From a virus: a stretch of DNA of 64,000 bases. The notes under the pieces are model-generated. The model made no database searches. It saw only the letters and a program-made list of their open reading frames with translations, and was not told the DNA's origin. Positions 28,634 to 36,988 of the stretch are shown in pieces; position 1 is the stretch's first letter; each line of letters opens with the position of its first letter. The translations under genes were made by a program, and so were the position numbers. The stretch lies in the IMG/VR virus record IMGVR_UViG_3300008110_000009. The stretch is one strand, 5' to 3'.

Positions 28634-29431
28634 TTAGTATTTTGTTCCGCAATGTGGGCAGAACTTATGGTTATCTTTTTTACGTTTTGCGCCACACTCT
28701 GTGCAATAAACGACCAAATCCTCGCTGATAAGAGGCTTTGTAGATAATGGTTTTATTTTCCACCATTGTGTCAAATCTGGGTATGAATTAAATTCCGTAT
28801 TATCAGATGTGAATTGTTGGCTTGACGTTGAACCTTTTTCAACCCTACCAGTCTCTAAATTTTGACTCGGCGTTGCCCCACTATTATAAAAAGCGGTAGA
28901 TGATGTTAGTGTTGAGTTTATCCCACCGGTATTTGTTGATGTGTAAATAAGGGGAGATCCTGTTGTGTAGGTTATTGTTCCACCATTTAAAAATGTATCA
29001 CTAGTTCTAGTTGTATAACTGTTACCACTAAAAGTAGTTGTTACAAAATTGGTAATTGGCCAAGTATTTGGTGACTTCTGCTTATAAAATTTTATAGTCA
29101 CGTCACCGTTGTCTTCTATCGCTTTTTGAACTTCTTTGTTTTGCCCATCAACAAAATAAGTTTGAAAGACAAATTTTCTGGCTTCATTTAAATAGCGTTC
29201 TAAAAATACTCTTTCGGCTGGACGAAGTACAATCCCCGATCCAATAGATTCACCATTTATTTCAATGGTGGCTAGTATTTTCATTTTGTATGGATTATAA
29301 AGTTCGATTTCGAACTCATCACCGTTTTTGAGGTATACGGTGTCTATGTGCTGTTTTAATCTTTGTTTACCCTTGGTAATAAAAGACTGCGGTACAGCAA
29401 TACCGCTGTTGATTGAAATTTTTCTATTCAT
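28634..29431 (-). CDS. Hypothetical protein with C-terminal zinc ribbon
   Basis: CTECG...FCPHCG at the C-terminus; Thr/Ser-rich middle; beta-rich N-terminal domain. Confidence 0.75.
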   Translation of the reverse strand: MNRKISINSGIAVPQSFITKGKQRLKQHIDTVYLKNGDEFEIELYNPYKMKILATIEINGESIGSGIVLRPAERVFLERYLNEARKFVFQTYFVDGQNKEVQKAIEDNGDVTIKFYKQKSPNTWPITNFVTTTFSGNSYTTRTSDTFLNGGTITYTTGSPLIYTSTNTGGINSTLTSSTAFYNSGATPSQNLETGRVEKGSTSSQQFTSDNTEFNSYPDLTQWWKIKPLSTKPLISEDLVVYCTECGAKRKKDNHKFCPHCGTKY

Positions 29432-29447
29432 TTTCCTTATATTTTTT

Positions 29448-29521
29448 TTGTATTTGAATCCGAATTTGCTGGTATCAATTCCAACTCTAATGCCTCAAGG
29501 ACACTTCCGATTCAACCACAA
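29448..29521 (-). promoter_or_regulatory. Candidate structured 5' leader RNA (three-way junction)
   Basis: P1 TTGAATC/GATTCAA (plus TTGTG/TACAA and GAA/TTC), P2 GTGTC/GGCAT, P3 GTTGG/CCAGC; lies between a promoter-like motif and the ATG. Confidence 0.55.
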
Positions 29522-29555
29522 GGTCTAATATTAAATATAAGGAAAATTTTTAAAT

Positions 29556-29582
29556 AAAAAAAGGGAAGTCAAAAAACTTCCC
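29556..29582 (-). terminator. Intrinsic terminator after clpP
   Basis: Minus strand GGGAAGT-tttttg-ACTTCCC followed by a T tract. Confidence 0.85.
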
Positions 29583-29604
29583 ATTTTAAACACTAACCAC
29601 TAAT

Positions 29605-30270
29605 TTATTTTTTCTTTTTGACTATTTCATCAATAATCCCATAAGCCAATGCATCATCAGCAGAAAGCCACAGATCTCTAGAAGCATCTTGCATTACTTG
29701 TTTTCCGTCTTTGTCACAATACCCACCTAACAAATCAAAAAGCAAATTATTAAGCTTCTCCCATTCAATCATATCGATTTTCGCATCTTGAATGTTCCCA
29801 TGGAATCCTCCACTAGACTGGTGTAACATTGTACGTGAAAATCTAAGTGACCCTCTTTTACCTTTTGTACCAGCACCTAAAAGGATTGATCCCATAGATG
29901 CAGCCATCCCAGTATTAATTGTTCTGATATCTGAATTAATGTATTCCATAACATCAACCATAGATAAACCAGATTTTACTGAACCACCCGGACTATCAAT
30001 ATGCATTGTGATATCATTGTTATCTAGACTATCTAAGAACATTAATTGCGCTTGAACAATTGTTGACATATGATCATTTACTTCACCAGCGACCCAAATG
30101 ATTCTTTCCATCATAAGTCTACTGAACACATCCATCACAGTAACATTAAGGGACCTCTCCTCAAGAATATATGGTGTCAAACTATTTTCAATGTTTTTGT
30201 TAAAACGATGTAAATCTAATGAACCAATACCTCTGTCTTTCGCATAAAGACTAAAATCTTTTGTAATCAT
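29605..30270 (-). CDS. clpP: ATP-dependent Clp protease proteolytic subunit
   Basis: DVFSRLMMERII, IDSPGGSV, AASMG (Ser), MLHQ (His), RDLWLSADDALAYGIID (Asp); Bacteroidota-like PYILEER N-terminus. Confidence 0.95.
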   Translation of the reverse strand: MITKDFSLYAKDRGIGSLDLHRFNKNIENSLTPYILEERSLNVTVMDVFSRLMMERIIWVAGEVNDHMSTIVQAQLMFLDSLDNNDITMHIDSPGGSVKSGLSMVDVMEYINSDIRTINTGMAASMGSILLGAGTKGKRGSLRFSRTMLHQSSGGFHGNIQDAKIDMIEWEKLNNLLFDLLGGYCDKDGKQVMQDASRDLWLSADDALAYGIIDEIVKKKK

Positions 30271-30289
30271 AATTCTTTGTTGTTTAATA

Positions 30290-30297
30290 CAAATATA
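30290..30297 (-). promoter_or_regulatory. Bacteroidota -7 promoter element TATATTTG upstream of clpP
   Basis: Exact TAnnTTTG match ~20 nt before the ATG. Related motifs lie upstream of other non-structural genes (~16831, 20273, 26740, 27201, 29532, 32654, 36010). Confidence 0.55.
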
Positions 30298-30313
30298 AAT
30301 AAAATTTGTGGTA

Positions 30314-32647
30314 TTAAGAAATTTTTGTTGTTACATAATCAATAGACGAGACATTCTCTTCTTTTTTGATCATAATCAAATTGTCAGACCAGTTTCTGAT
30401 CAATGGATTGTGCGATATTACAAAAATATGCTCGAAATAGTTTTTAATTTTCTTAAAGAATTCACCAACCATCTCCAAGTTCTCATCAGCTATTTTACCA
30501 AACACTTCATCCATAACAACAATATTTGGTTTTGGTAATGATGATACTTTTGTAAGTACACTTCTTAATGCTAAAGAAGATATTGTTCTTTCATACCCAG
30601 AACCAGCATTTAATGGCTTAACAACTCTAGTTTCAGAATCAATCATAATAAACTCTAATTCGTTCTTATCGTTTATATTTAATTCTAAAACAAAGTAGCA
30701 ACTGTCAGAAAGTAATCTACTCAATTCTTGATTAATAAGTGGTATCATGTTTTTCAAAATTGTTTTTGAAATACCATTTTTACCATAAGTCATCAAATAA
30801 ACCTTAAATACACCTTGAAGTTCTTCCTCTGCTTTAATCTTTGTTATCAATTCGTTGTAGGTTTTAATTTTATCCTCCATCGTCGTGATATTGATTTTGT
30901 TTCTTTCAATTGTTGAATTCGAAACACGGATATCAGCATTTACAGTTTCCAATCTAGTTCTTAACGAAAGAAGTTCGGCATCTATTTTTTGATTCTCATC
31001 AAGCTTCTTTTTATTATTCTCGTAATTATCTAGCTTAGTTTGTTTAACATTAATCTCCAAATCTTTTTGATCTACTTCAAGCTCGTATCTTGCTTTACGC
31101 AGTTTATTTCTTTCGTAGTTATCAAACTCAGATTTAAGGGAATCAAATCCATCCGATTGTACTTTTAATTCATCAAGTTCTTTTTGATTTGAATCAACTT
31201 GAGAACTAATTTCTTTAATCTCTTTCTTTAAACTTTCAATCTCATCTGTATGATCAACTTCGTCTAAGGCTCTCTTACAGGTTGGACATATCTTTCCCTC
31301 TTCAAGTTGTTTTATTAACTTTTCTTTTTCACCTTTAGTGTGCTTACACGCAACAATAACCGAATACACATCACCCATTTTTTCTTTTAGGTCTTTGTGT
31401 TCATCTTCGCTGTAATATTTGGATGGTTCTTTCACATCTACAGCTTCTGCGTTTCTTTTGCTTGTTGCTTTTTGTGTGTTTAATTCTTCGATCTCTCGTT
31501 GAAGTGCAACGGGATTCGTTTTAATTAGTTCCTGATCAATATCATTTGATCTCAAGCCAAGAATATAGTCTCTTCTATCCTCCAATTCTTTTAACTTATT
31601 ACCATAGTCGGTTAAAAGATTTGTATGCTCAAAGATTTGATCTTTAGAATTTTCAATGCTTTCATTACTAGCTTCAATATCAGCTTCTAATTGTGCGATA
31701 TTATGAGTATTGCTAATTAATTTTCTAGACCAATCATTATAGATTTCTTTACAAATCTCTTCCTTTTGCTTTAGATTTTCTAAACCCAAAAACTTAGTTA
31801 AGATTTGACCTCTCGCTGTTGGCTTAGATTCAATTAATTCTTCTAGATTATAACCAGTAGTTAAAATTGTAGAAAGAAAATCTTCTTGCGTTCCGATCGC
31901 TGATTCAATAAACGTCTCAGTTTCTCTTCTTTGTTCTCCTGTTAAATTCTCAAGTTCACCATCTTCCTTTTCTTTATAGAATTCTAATTCGCTTTTTACA
32001 GAGTATTCGCCGGATCTACCTTTCTTTCTGGTTAATGTTCTGGAGATAACATAATTTTCTCCATCAATTGTTATATGTCCTTTTACAACAACTTCATCTT
32101 CGTCGGTAAATTTATTGAAAACCTCGCCGTTTGTTTTTGTTTTAGTTGTTGTATTAAAGAATAAAAACATTAATAGATCAACACTTGAAGTTGACTTACC
32201 ACCAAAGTTTCTAGGATTTGATTCAATAACACTAATACCATTCAATTCGGTAAAATCAATACTGTTGTTTTTACCAAAAGAAAGAAAGTTTGAGAACTCA
32301 ACTTTCTTAATAAACCATTTATTGTATCTTACTTTATTCTCATTGATTTTATCTATTTGAGAATTAACACGATTGTCTAATCTATCTAACAGCTCCCACT
32401 TAACATTAACCTTATTTTCGGTTAGAAAATCTTTCATTAACGTTTTTTGGTACTGATGGTCTAATATACTATCAGTAACCTCTAGAGTCTTCAGCTTTGT
32501 ATTTTGCTTCTGACTTAAGGTTTTTGTAACAACTTGTACATGTGTTGTGTTGTACTTATTTTGAAAGTACGTTTTAACACGTTTAATTCTTTCTGGGGTA
32601 AAGTTCTCAGCAACGTCTTCCCACTCAACTTTAATAAAAGGATTCAT
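30314..32647 (-). CDS. sbcC: Rad50/SbcC (T4 gp46-like) recombination ATPase
   Basis: VEFSNFLSFG, Walker A-like NFGGKST, coiled coils, zinc hook CPTC, signature GSGYE, Walker B VVMDEVFG, H-loop ISH. Confidence 0.92.
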   Translation of the reverse strand: MNPFIKVEWEDVAENFTPERIKRVKTYFQNKYNTTHVQVVTKTLSQKQNTKLKTLEVTDSILDHQYQKTLMKDFLTENKVNVKWELLDRLDNRVNSQIDKINENKVRYNKWFIKKVEFSNFLSFGKNNSIDFTELNGISVIESNPRNFGGKSTSSVDLLMFLFFNTTTKTKTNGEVFNKFTDEDEVVVKGHITIDGENYVISRTLTRKKGRSGEYSVKSELEFYKEKEDGELENLTGEQRRETETFIESAIGTQEDFLSTILTTGYNLEELIESKPTARGQILTKFLGLENLKQKEEICKEIYNDWSRKLISNTHNIAQLEADIEASNESIENSKDQIFEHTNLLTDYGNKLKELEDRRDYILGLRSNDIDQELIKTNPVALQREIEELNTQKATSKRNAEAVDVKEPSKYYSEDEHKDLKEKMGDVYSVIVACKHTKGEKEKLIKQLEEGKICPTCKRALDEVDHTDEIESLKKEIKEISSQVDSNQKELDELKVQSDGFDSLKSEFDNYERNKLRKARYELEVDQKDLEINVKQTKLDNYENNKKKLDENQKIDAELLSLRTRLETVNADIRVSNSTIERNKINITTMEDKIKTYNELITKIKAEEELQGVFKVYLMTYGKNGISKTILKNMIPLINQELSRLLSDSCYFVLELNINDKNELEFIMIDSETRVVKPLNAGSGYERTISSLALRSVLTKVSSLPKPNIVVMDEVFGKIADENLEMVGEFFKKIKNYFEHIFVISHNPLIRNWSDNLIMIKKEENVSSIDYVTTKIS

Positions 32648-32692
32648 ATCTGTTAAAGATAATGTTTTTGTTTTGAAATTAAAAATTTTCTT

Positions 32693-33007
32693 TTACTTAA
32701 TTCTACTTTCTTCAAAAAATTCTATGACACCATTAATTGCCCAAACGATTCCGCAGGTAAACATACCATCGAAGAAAACACCAAATAGCCAATTAACATC
32801 TAGAAATTTTTCAGTTAACCCACCCAAAAGAATTGACATAAAGAAACCAACCCAAGTAGATGTACACATCATGCAGCTAATTAGATCACCAAAGAATTTA
32901 GATTTCTTTTTAATCCAAGCTCGTTGGTTTTCAAAAATTGATCCGTAAACTAAAATAGTGGTCATACCGTAACCCATAAATGCCCACAAGATTAAAACTG
33001 ATACCAT
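32693..33007 (-). CDS. Membrane protein, DUF1360-like
   Basis: Three hydrophobic segments with LISCMMCTSTWVG (CxxCxxxW) motif. Confidence 0.65.
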   Translation of the reverse strand: MVSVLILWAFMGYGMTTILVYGSIFENQRAWIKKKSKFFGDLISCMMCTSTWVGFFMSILLGGLTEKFLDVNWLFGVFFDGMFTCGIVWAINGVIEFFEESRIK

Positions 33008-33017
33008 AATTTAAATT

Positions 33018-33518
33018 TTATTCGTCATATAGATTATTCAAGTCGCTACCCTTTAGATATTTCGCTTTATTCATTTTTTCTAAAGCGGTTGTTATCTTGG
33101 TTAGTTCGTCTTTTAATTTATCATTTTCCAGCTTTAAAGCTTTAACTTCATCATCATTAACAACCACCTTTTCAATAGGTACTTCTTTAATTACTTCTTT
33201 GATGATTACTTGTTTTTCGCCTTTAACTTGTACTGGAACTTCTTTAATTACCTCAACAATTTTCTCAACAGGAACCTCTTTAATTATTTCAACTGTTTTT
33301 ATAACTTCAACAATCTTTTCAACAGGAACTTCCTTAATCACTTCTTTGATTACCTCTACTTCTTTTCCTTTTGCTGTTGTTGGTGTTTCACCATATTTTT
33401 CTATGGTAAATCCTCTTTGAAATATTTTTTTAGCTGTTCCTTCGATGTCTGTAATATTGTTAAGCTCACAATACCTTACAAATTCATCATCCAGCGTTAA
33501 CGAGTTCTTCTTTTTCAT
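33018..33518 (-). CDS. Hypothetical protein with EVIKEVPVEKIV repeats and a coiled coil
   Basis: Repeats visible in the translation. Confidence 0.7.
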   Translation of the reverse strand: MKKKNSLTLDDEFVRYCELNNITDIEGTAKKIFQRGFTIEKYGETPTTAKGKEVEVIKEVIKEVPVEKIVEVIKTVEIIKEVPVEKIVEVIKEVPVQVKGEKQVIIKEVIKEVPIEKVVVNDDEVKALKLENDKLKDELTKITTALEKMNKAKYLKGSDLNNLYDE

Positions 33519-34302
33519 CTTGAATATCGTTTATATCTGAAATGGTGAAATGCATATATGGTTGATTATTTGGCAAATCAAAGAAATCATACTTTTTTGT
33601 CACCATATCAAATATCCCATAACCATGATGTTTAACTGTTTCACCAAAGTTTTGTTGAATAAGAGAACCAATCATAACCGCTAATCCACCACCAGGTAAT
33701 TTAAATGTTTGTCTTTTATGAATATCACCACATAAAAGTAAATCTAATCCAACAAAGTTTAAACGATCATACCCATCTTCAAATTTAAAGCCAAGATCTG
33801 TTGACATACCTTGTATTGGTCCGTGAAACAAACCAATTTTATAACGACCGTCTGCTTTAAAATCTGGTCTTTCATTGTGTTGGTACAATGAATATACAAC
33901 CCAATCAACATCTTCATCTTCATACACACCTTTGTCTTTTAGATAAACAATATTTTTATTGTCTATTAATTCTACAACCGGTGTTATACTATCTAATCGT
34001 TGCATATTATTTTCTAAGAAATCGTGGTTTCCCGGAATAATAACAACCTTACCATAACTAGAAAGTTTATTTAAAAACCAACTGGTTAACATTAGTTGTT
34101 CGTTTGAAATATTGATTTTCTGATGTGCAATATCGCCAGCAATAACAATACGAATCTCATCCCATTTAACACCTTCAGATGTCCATTGTGCACTATGTTC
34201 TCTAATTTCTTCAATTAGCTTTTCAAATTGCTCTTTATACAAATCATGTAATTGAATTGTTCTGATGTGTAAATCTGCAATGTGTACAATTTTTTTAATC
34301 AT
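33487..34302 (-). CDS. sbcD: Mre11/SbcD (T4 gp47-like) metallophosphoesterase nuclease
   Basis: HIADLH, AGDIAH, PGNHD, FHG, GDIH, GSLIQQNFGE. Confidence 0.92.
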   Translation of the reverse strand: MIKKIVHIADLHIRTIQLHDLYKEQFEKLIEEIREHSAQWTSEGVKWDEIRIVIAGDIAHQKINISNEQLMLTSWFLNKLSSYGKVVIIPGNHDFLENNMQRLDSITPVVELIDNKNIVYLKDKGVYEDEDVDWVVYSLYQHNERPDFKADGRYKIGLFHGPIQGMSTDLGFKFEDGYDRLNFVGLDLLLCGDIHKRQTFKLPGGGLAVMIGSLIQQNFGETVKHHGYGIFDMVTKKYDFFDLPNNQPYMHFTISDINDIQDEKEELVNAG

Positions 34303-34303
34303 T

Positions 34304-35065
34304 TTATTTTGAGTTTAACATGTCGATAATCTCTTTTCTCATGTCTGCACATTTGAAAACTTTGTAATTGTCATTACCTTCAAAAAACCAAACGAAATAT
34401 AGATCCCCTATCTTTAAGTTTGTGTTCTTTTCGATAATATATTTGTATAGACTTGTTTGAAGACTATATGTATTATATTCACATTCATCTAAATGTGAGA
34501 TTGGTCTTTTAAATCTATTTCCATAATCACTCTTCATGTTTATGGCTTTGTTTGTTTTCCAGTCCCAGATTTGAATCTGATTGCTTTTCTTGTTCCAGAA
34601 TAGTTGGTCTACCATTCCACATATACCTAATTCAGCATCGCCAATTACAAATTCGCTTTTTAAAGGTATTAAATTTGCTTTACTATCGTTATAGAATCTA
34701 TCAAATAGTTTTACACATTTGTCATATGCTGGTTTAACAATGTCTTCACCAAACCTGTTAACAGCTGGTGACGAATCGTATGGAAATATTTTATTATTCC
34801 AATGGTTTTCAGCATAATCATGCACTGCGCTTCCTTTGATGGTGCTATAATCTCTTTTGTGATCCCATTCGGCTAATACCTCTTCTTTAACAAGACCGTG
34901 TTTATTTGCATATCTTTCAGCTTGACCATCGCTGTCAAATTTGTTTTTAAACTTTCCAATAAAAGTGGTGGCAGATGTTAATAATTGATCTTCAATATAA
35001 TAGTGATGTGGTTCATCATGATATTTGATGTGATCAAACTTGTTTAATTCTAATAGTAAATCCAT
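34304..35065 (-). CDS. PD-(D/E)XK family exonuclease
   Basis: GSAVHDYAE, SEFVI, CGMVDQLF, IWDWKT, YSLQTSLY. Confidence 0.85.
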   Translation of the reverse strand: MDLLLELNKFDHIKYHDEPHHYYIEDQLLTSATTFIGKFKNKFDSDGQAERYANKHGLVKEEVLAEWDHKRDYSTIKGSAVHDYAENHWNNKIFPYDSSPAVNRFGEDIVKPAYDKCVKLFDRFYNDSKANLIPLKSEFVIGDAELGICGMVDQLFWNKKSNQIQIWDWKTNKAINMKSDYGNRFKRPISHLDECEYNTYSLQTSLYKYIIEKNTNLKIGDLYFVWFFEGNDNYKVFKCADMRKEIIDMLNSK

Positions 35066-35066
35066 A

Positions 35067-36005
35067 TTAATCTAATTGTAGTTTTTCTAAATTTTCAAAA
35101 TCACCTTTTAAGTCAGCAATATCTTTGTCTATAGGCATTTTAACAACCCACACTTTACCAAACAATTTTCCTGTATTCAGTTTATGGTAAAGTCTTTGTG
35201 CATCTTCCCAGGCGTCACCATCTAATACAATCACAATCTCTTTTGCGTTTGCATAAAGCTTTGAGTAAAGAAACTCACCCATAACCTTACCTAGCATTGC
35301 TATTGAGTTATCAACAAATATACTGTCAAAAACCCCTTCAACAAGATAAATCGTTCTATTCCAATCTATTAGGTGTTCATTGAAAATAATAATTTCTTTT
35401 TGAACATCTGGGTTTTTATATTTCATTTTGGTCTTTGGTAAATAAGACCTGGCAATAAAATAATTGAGTTTTCTGTTTACATCATAAGATGGAATTATGA
35501 TTCTATTTGCAAATAAACCATCATGTGCAAACCCTATATTATGTTTATTAACCATATCATCTGTTATATTCCTACTTCTGATATAGTTGTATGCTTGCCT
35601 GTAATGATGTGTGAGTTTTAACCCCATACTTGCTCCTGAAAATGGAATAAACTCATTTGGGAGTTTAGCTATTTTAGTGATTTTCTGCGGTTGTTCAACG
35701 TCTTCTGGGCGCATTAACTCATAAAACTGTAGTTGCTTTTTTGTGCCATATTTTTTTATGAGTTTGTAAAGATTTCCGTGGGTTTCGTGAGTTTCACCAC
35801 AAGACCAACATTTGTAAACCCCCATTCTATAGTTGATTTCCAGGTTCCCTTTACCATCACCTTCATCCAATCCTTTAATTTCATAGGAACAAACAGGGCA
35901 ATCAAAAGATATTTGACCTTTATAGTCATTATGCATCTTGTAGTTACCAAGAATATCCTCTAAAAGTTCAACAATTTGGTCGAAATCGGTGTCTGTTGCG
36001 GTCAT
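35067..36005 (-). CDS. DNA primase (Zn finger plus TOPRIM)
   Basis: CPVC...YKCWSC, YIRSRNI, RIIIP, KYKNP, LVEGVFD, LDGDA. Confidence 0.9.
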   Translation of the reverse strand: MTATDTDFDQIVELLEDILGNYKMHNDYKGQISFDCPVCSYEIKGLDEGDGKGNLEINYRMGVYKCWSCGETHETHGNLYKLIKKYGTKKQLQFYELMRPEDVEQPQKITKIAKLPNEFIPFSGASMGLKLTHHYRQAYNYIRSRNITDDMVNKHNIGFAHDGLFANRIIIPSYDVNRKLNYFIARSYLPKTKMKYKNPDVQKEIIIFNEHLIDWNRTIYLVEGVFDSIFVDNSIAMLGKVMGEFLYSKLYANAKEIVIVLDGDAWEDAQRLYHKLNTGKLFGKVWVVKMPIDKDIADLKGDFENLEKLQLD

Positions 36006-36032
36006 ATTTTAAATATAAGTAAAAAAAACCGT

Positions 36033-36067
36033 AAAAAAAAATCCCCAGAGACACCACCCTCTGGGGA
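36033..36067 (-). terminator. Intrinsic terminator
   Basis: 9-bp GC-rich stem followed by nine T on the minus strand. Confidence 0.9.
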
Positions 36068-36108
36068 ACCAACCAAAATGTAAATAAATTTACATTCCCG
36101 CCTACATT
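36033..36108 (-). ncRNA. Candidate free-standing small RNA (~75 nt) ending in a strong terminator
   Basis: Promoter-like GTTATATTTA at 36111-36120; hairpin AATGTAAA/TTTACATT; TTGGTTGGT; terminator TCCCCAGAG/CTCTGGGGA plus T9. Confidence 0.45.
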
Positions 36109-36137
36109 ATTAAATATAACACAAATAATAACATTTA

Positions 36138-36344
36138 TCAAACATTAGTTGCCATTTTTTCTTTAGTCTTCTTTTCTTTGATAATTCCAACAGGATAATA
36201 AGTAATTTGATCAATAGTAATTGAATTTATTTTATATCCTGTGTTTGGGTTTGTAACATTAATTCTTTTACTGATACTGGTATCATAAATAACATTTTCA
36301 AGTACTACTTTTCCGTCGACCATTCTTTTAATTGTTTTTTCCAT
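36138..36344 (-). CDS. Hypothetical protein
   Basis: 68-aa ORF starting 2 nt after the resolvase stop. Confidence 0.55.
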   Translation of the reverse strand: MEKTIKRMVDGKVVLENVIYDTSISKRINVTNPNTGYKINSITIDQITYYPVGIIKEKKTKEKMATNV

Positions 36345-36346
36345 TT

Positions 36347-36949
36347 TTAATCGTTTTCTTTTATCATGTTTATATATCCTATAACAGCTGTTGCAGCATC
36401 AGCCATATCATAGTTCTCTTTTTTTAAGTTACCTGTTTTACCATATAACCATTTTACTTCTGTACACACAGCGTTAACATGTTCCCAGATAACGTGTTTT
36501 TTATCTATATCTTTTGGATAACCGCCGAACAATACGTTCTTACCTTTACCATTGTCACCAACTAAATCTGGAAATGCAAACTTTCTAGCGTTGTATGTTG
36601 AAATAAATGTTGGTACAATCTCTAACACATCATAAACCGCTTTACAGATCATGGTATTATAACGAAGTAGTGTACCTACTGTGTAGATATTATTGGAATT
36701 TAATAACGGCTCTTCAATAATAACTTTTACAATACCTAGATTCTTATATGCTTCTAGATGCTTTTTAAAAGCGTCAGCCTTTTTTATTAATTCTTCTAAT
36801 TTATCTTCAGGTTGTGGTTTTATTTTTGGGGAAAAATGTGTTAATTCTAATAACTTTTTTCCAGTAAGGTCAAATAAAGCCCACCCAATTGTCTTGGTTG
36901 AAATATCTAAACCAAGAATCTTCGATTTGTTTTTGAATTTAAGGTCCAT
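36347..36949 (-). CDS. RuvC-like Holliday junction resolvase
   Basis: ILGLDISTKTIG, VIIEEP and DMADA acidic catalytic motifs. Confidence 0.85.
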   Translation of the reverse strand: MDLKFKNKSKILGLDISTKTIGWALFDLTGKKLLELTHFSPKIKPQPEDKLEELIKKADAFKKHLEAYKNLGIVKVIIEEPLLNSNNIYTVGTLLRYNTMICKAVYDVLEIVPTFISTYNARKFAFPDLVGDNGKGKNVLFGGYPKDIDKKHVIWEHVNAVCTEVKWLYGKTGNLKKENYDMADAATAVIGYINMIKEND

Positions 36950-36988
36950 AAAACAAATAATAAGAAAAAATAAATCTATAGTAAAGTC

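Noticed and set aside
28560-28652. ORF-track N-terminal extensions (28652 start; likewise 41282 and 23506)
   Set aside because: The 28652 and 41282 extensions run through a terminator and/or the putative promoter motif, and 23506 is a TTG three codons before an in-frame ATG. Downstream ATGs at 28559, 41267 and 23497 fit better.
29448-29521. Purine riboswitch, hammerhead ribozyme or tRNA
   Set aside because: The conserved cores (purine J2/3 and kissing loops; CUGAnGA/GAAA; T-loop and cloverleaf) are not present by inspection.
15447-30270. Bacterial chromosome origin for the window (trxA, nusG, sigma, clpP)
   Set aside because: These genes lack their usual cellular neighbours (secE/rplK, tig/clpX) and are embedded among fibre, baseplate, primase and gp46/47-like genes in one-strand phage-style packing.
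34304-35065. Cas4 / CRISPR adaptation gene
   Set aside because: It lacks the four-Cys Fe-S cluster pattern and sits among replication and recombination genes; a generic PD-(D/E)XK nuclease fits better.
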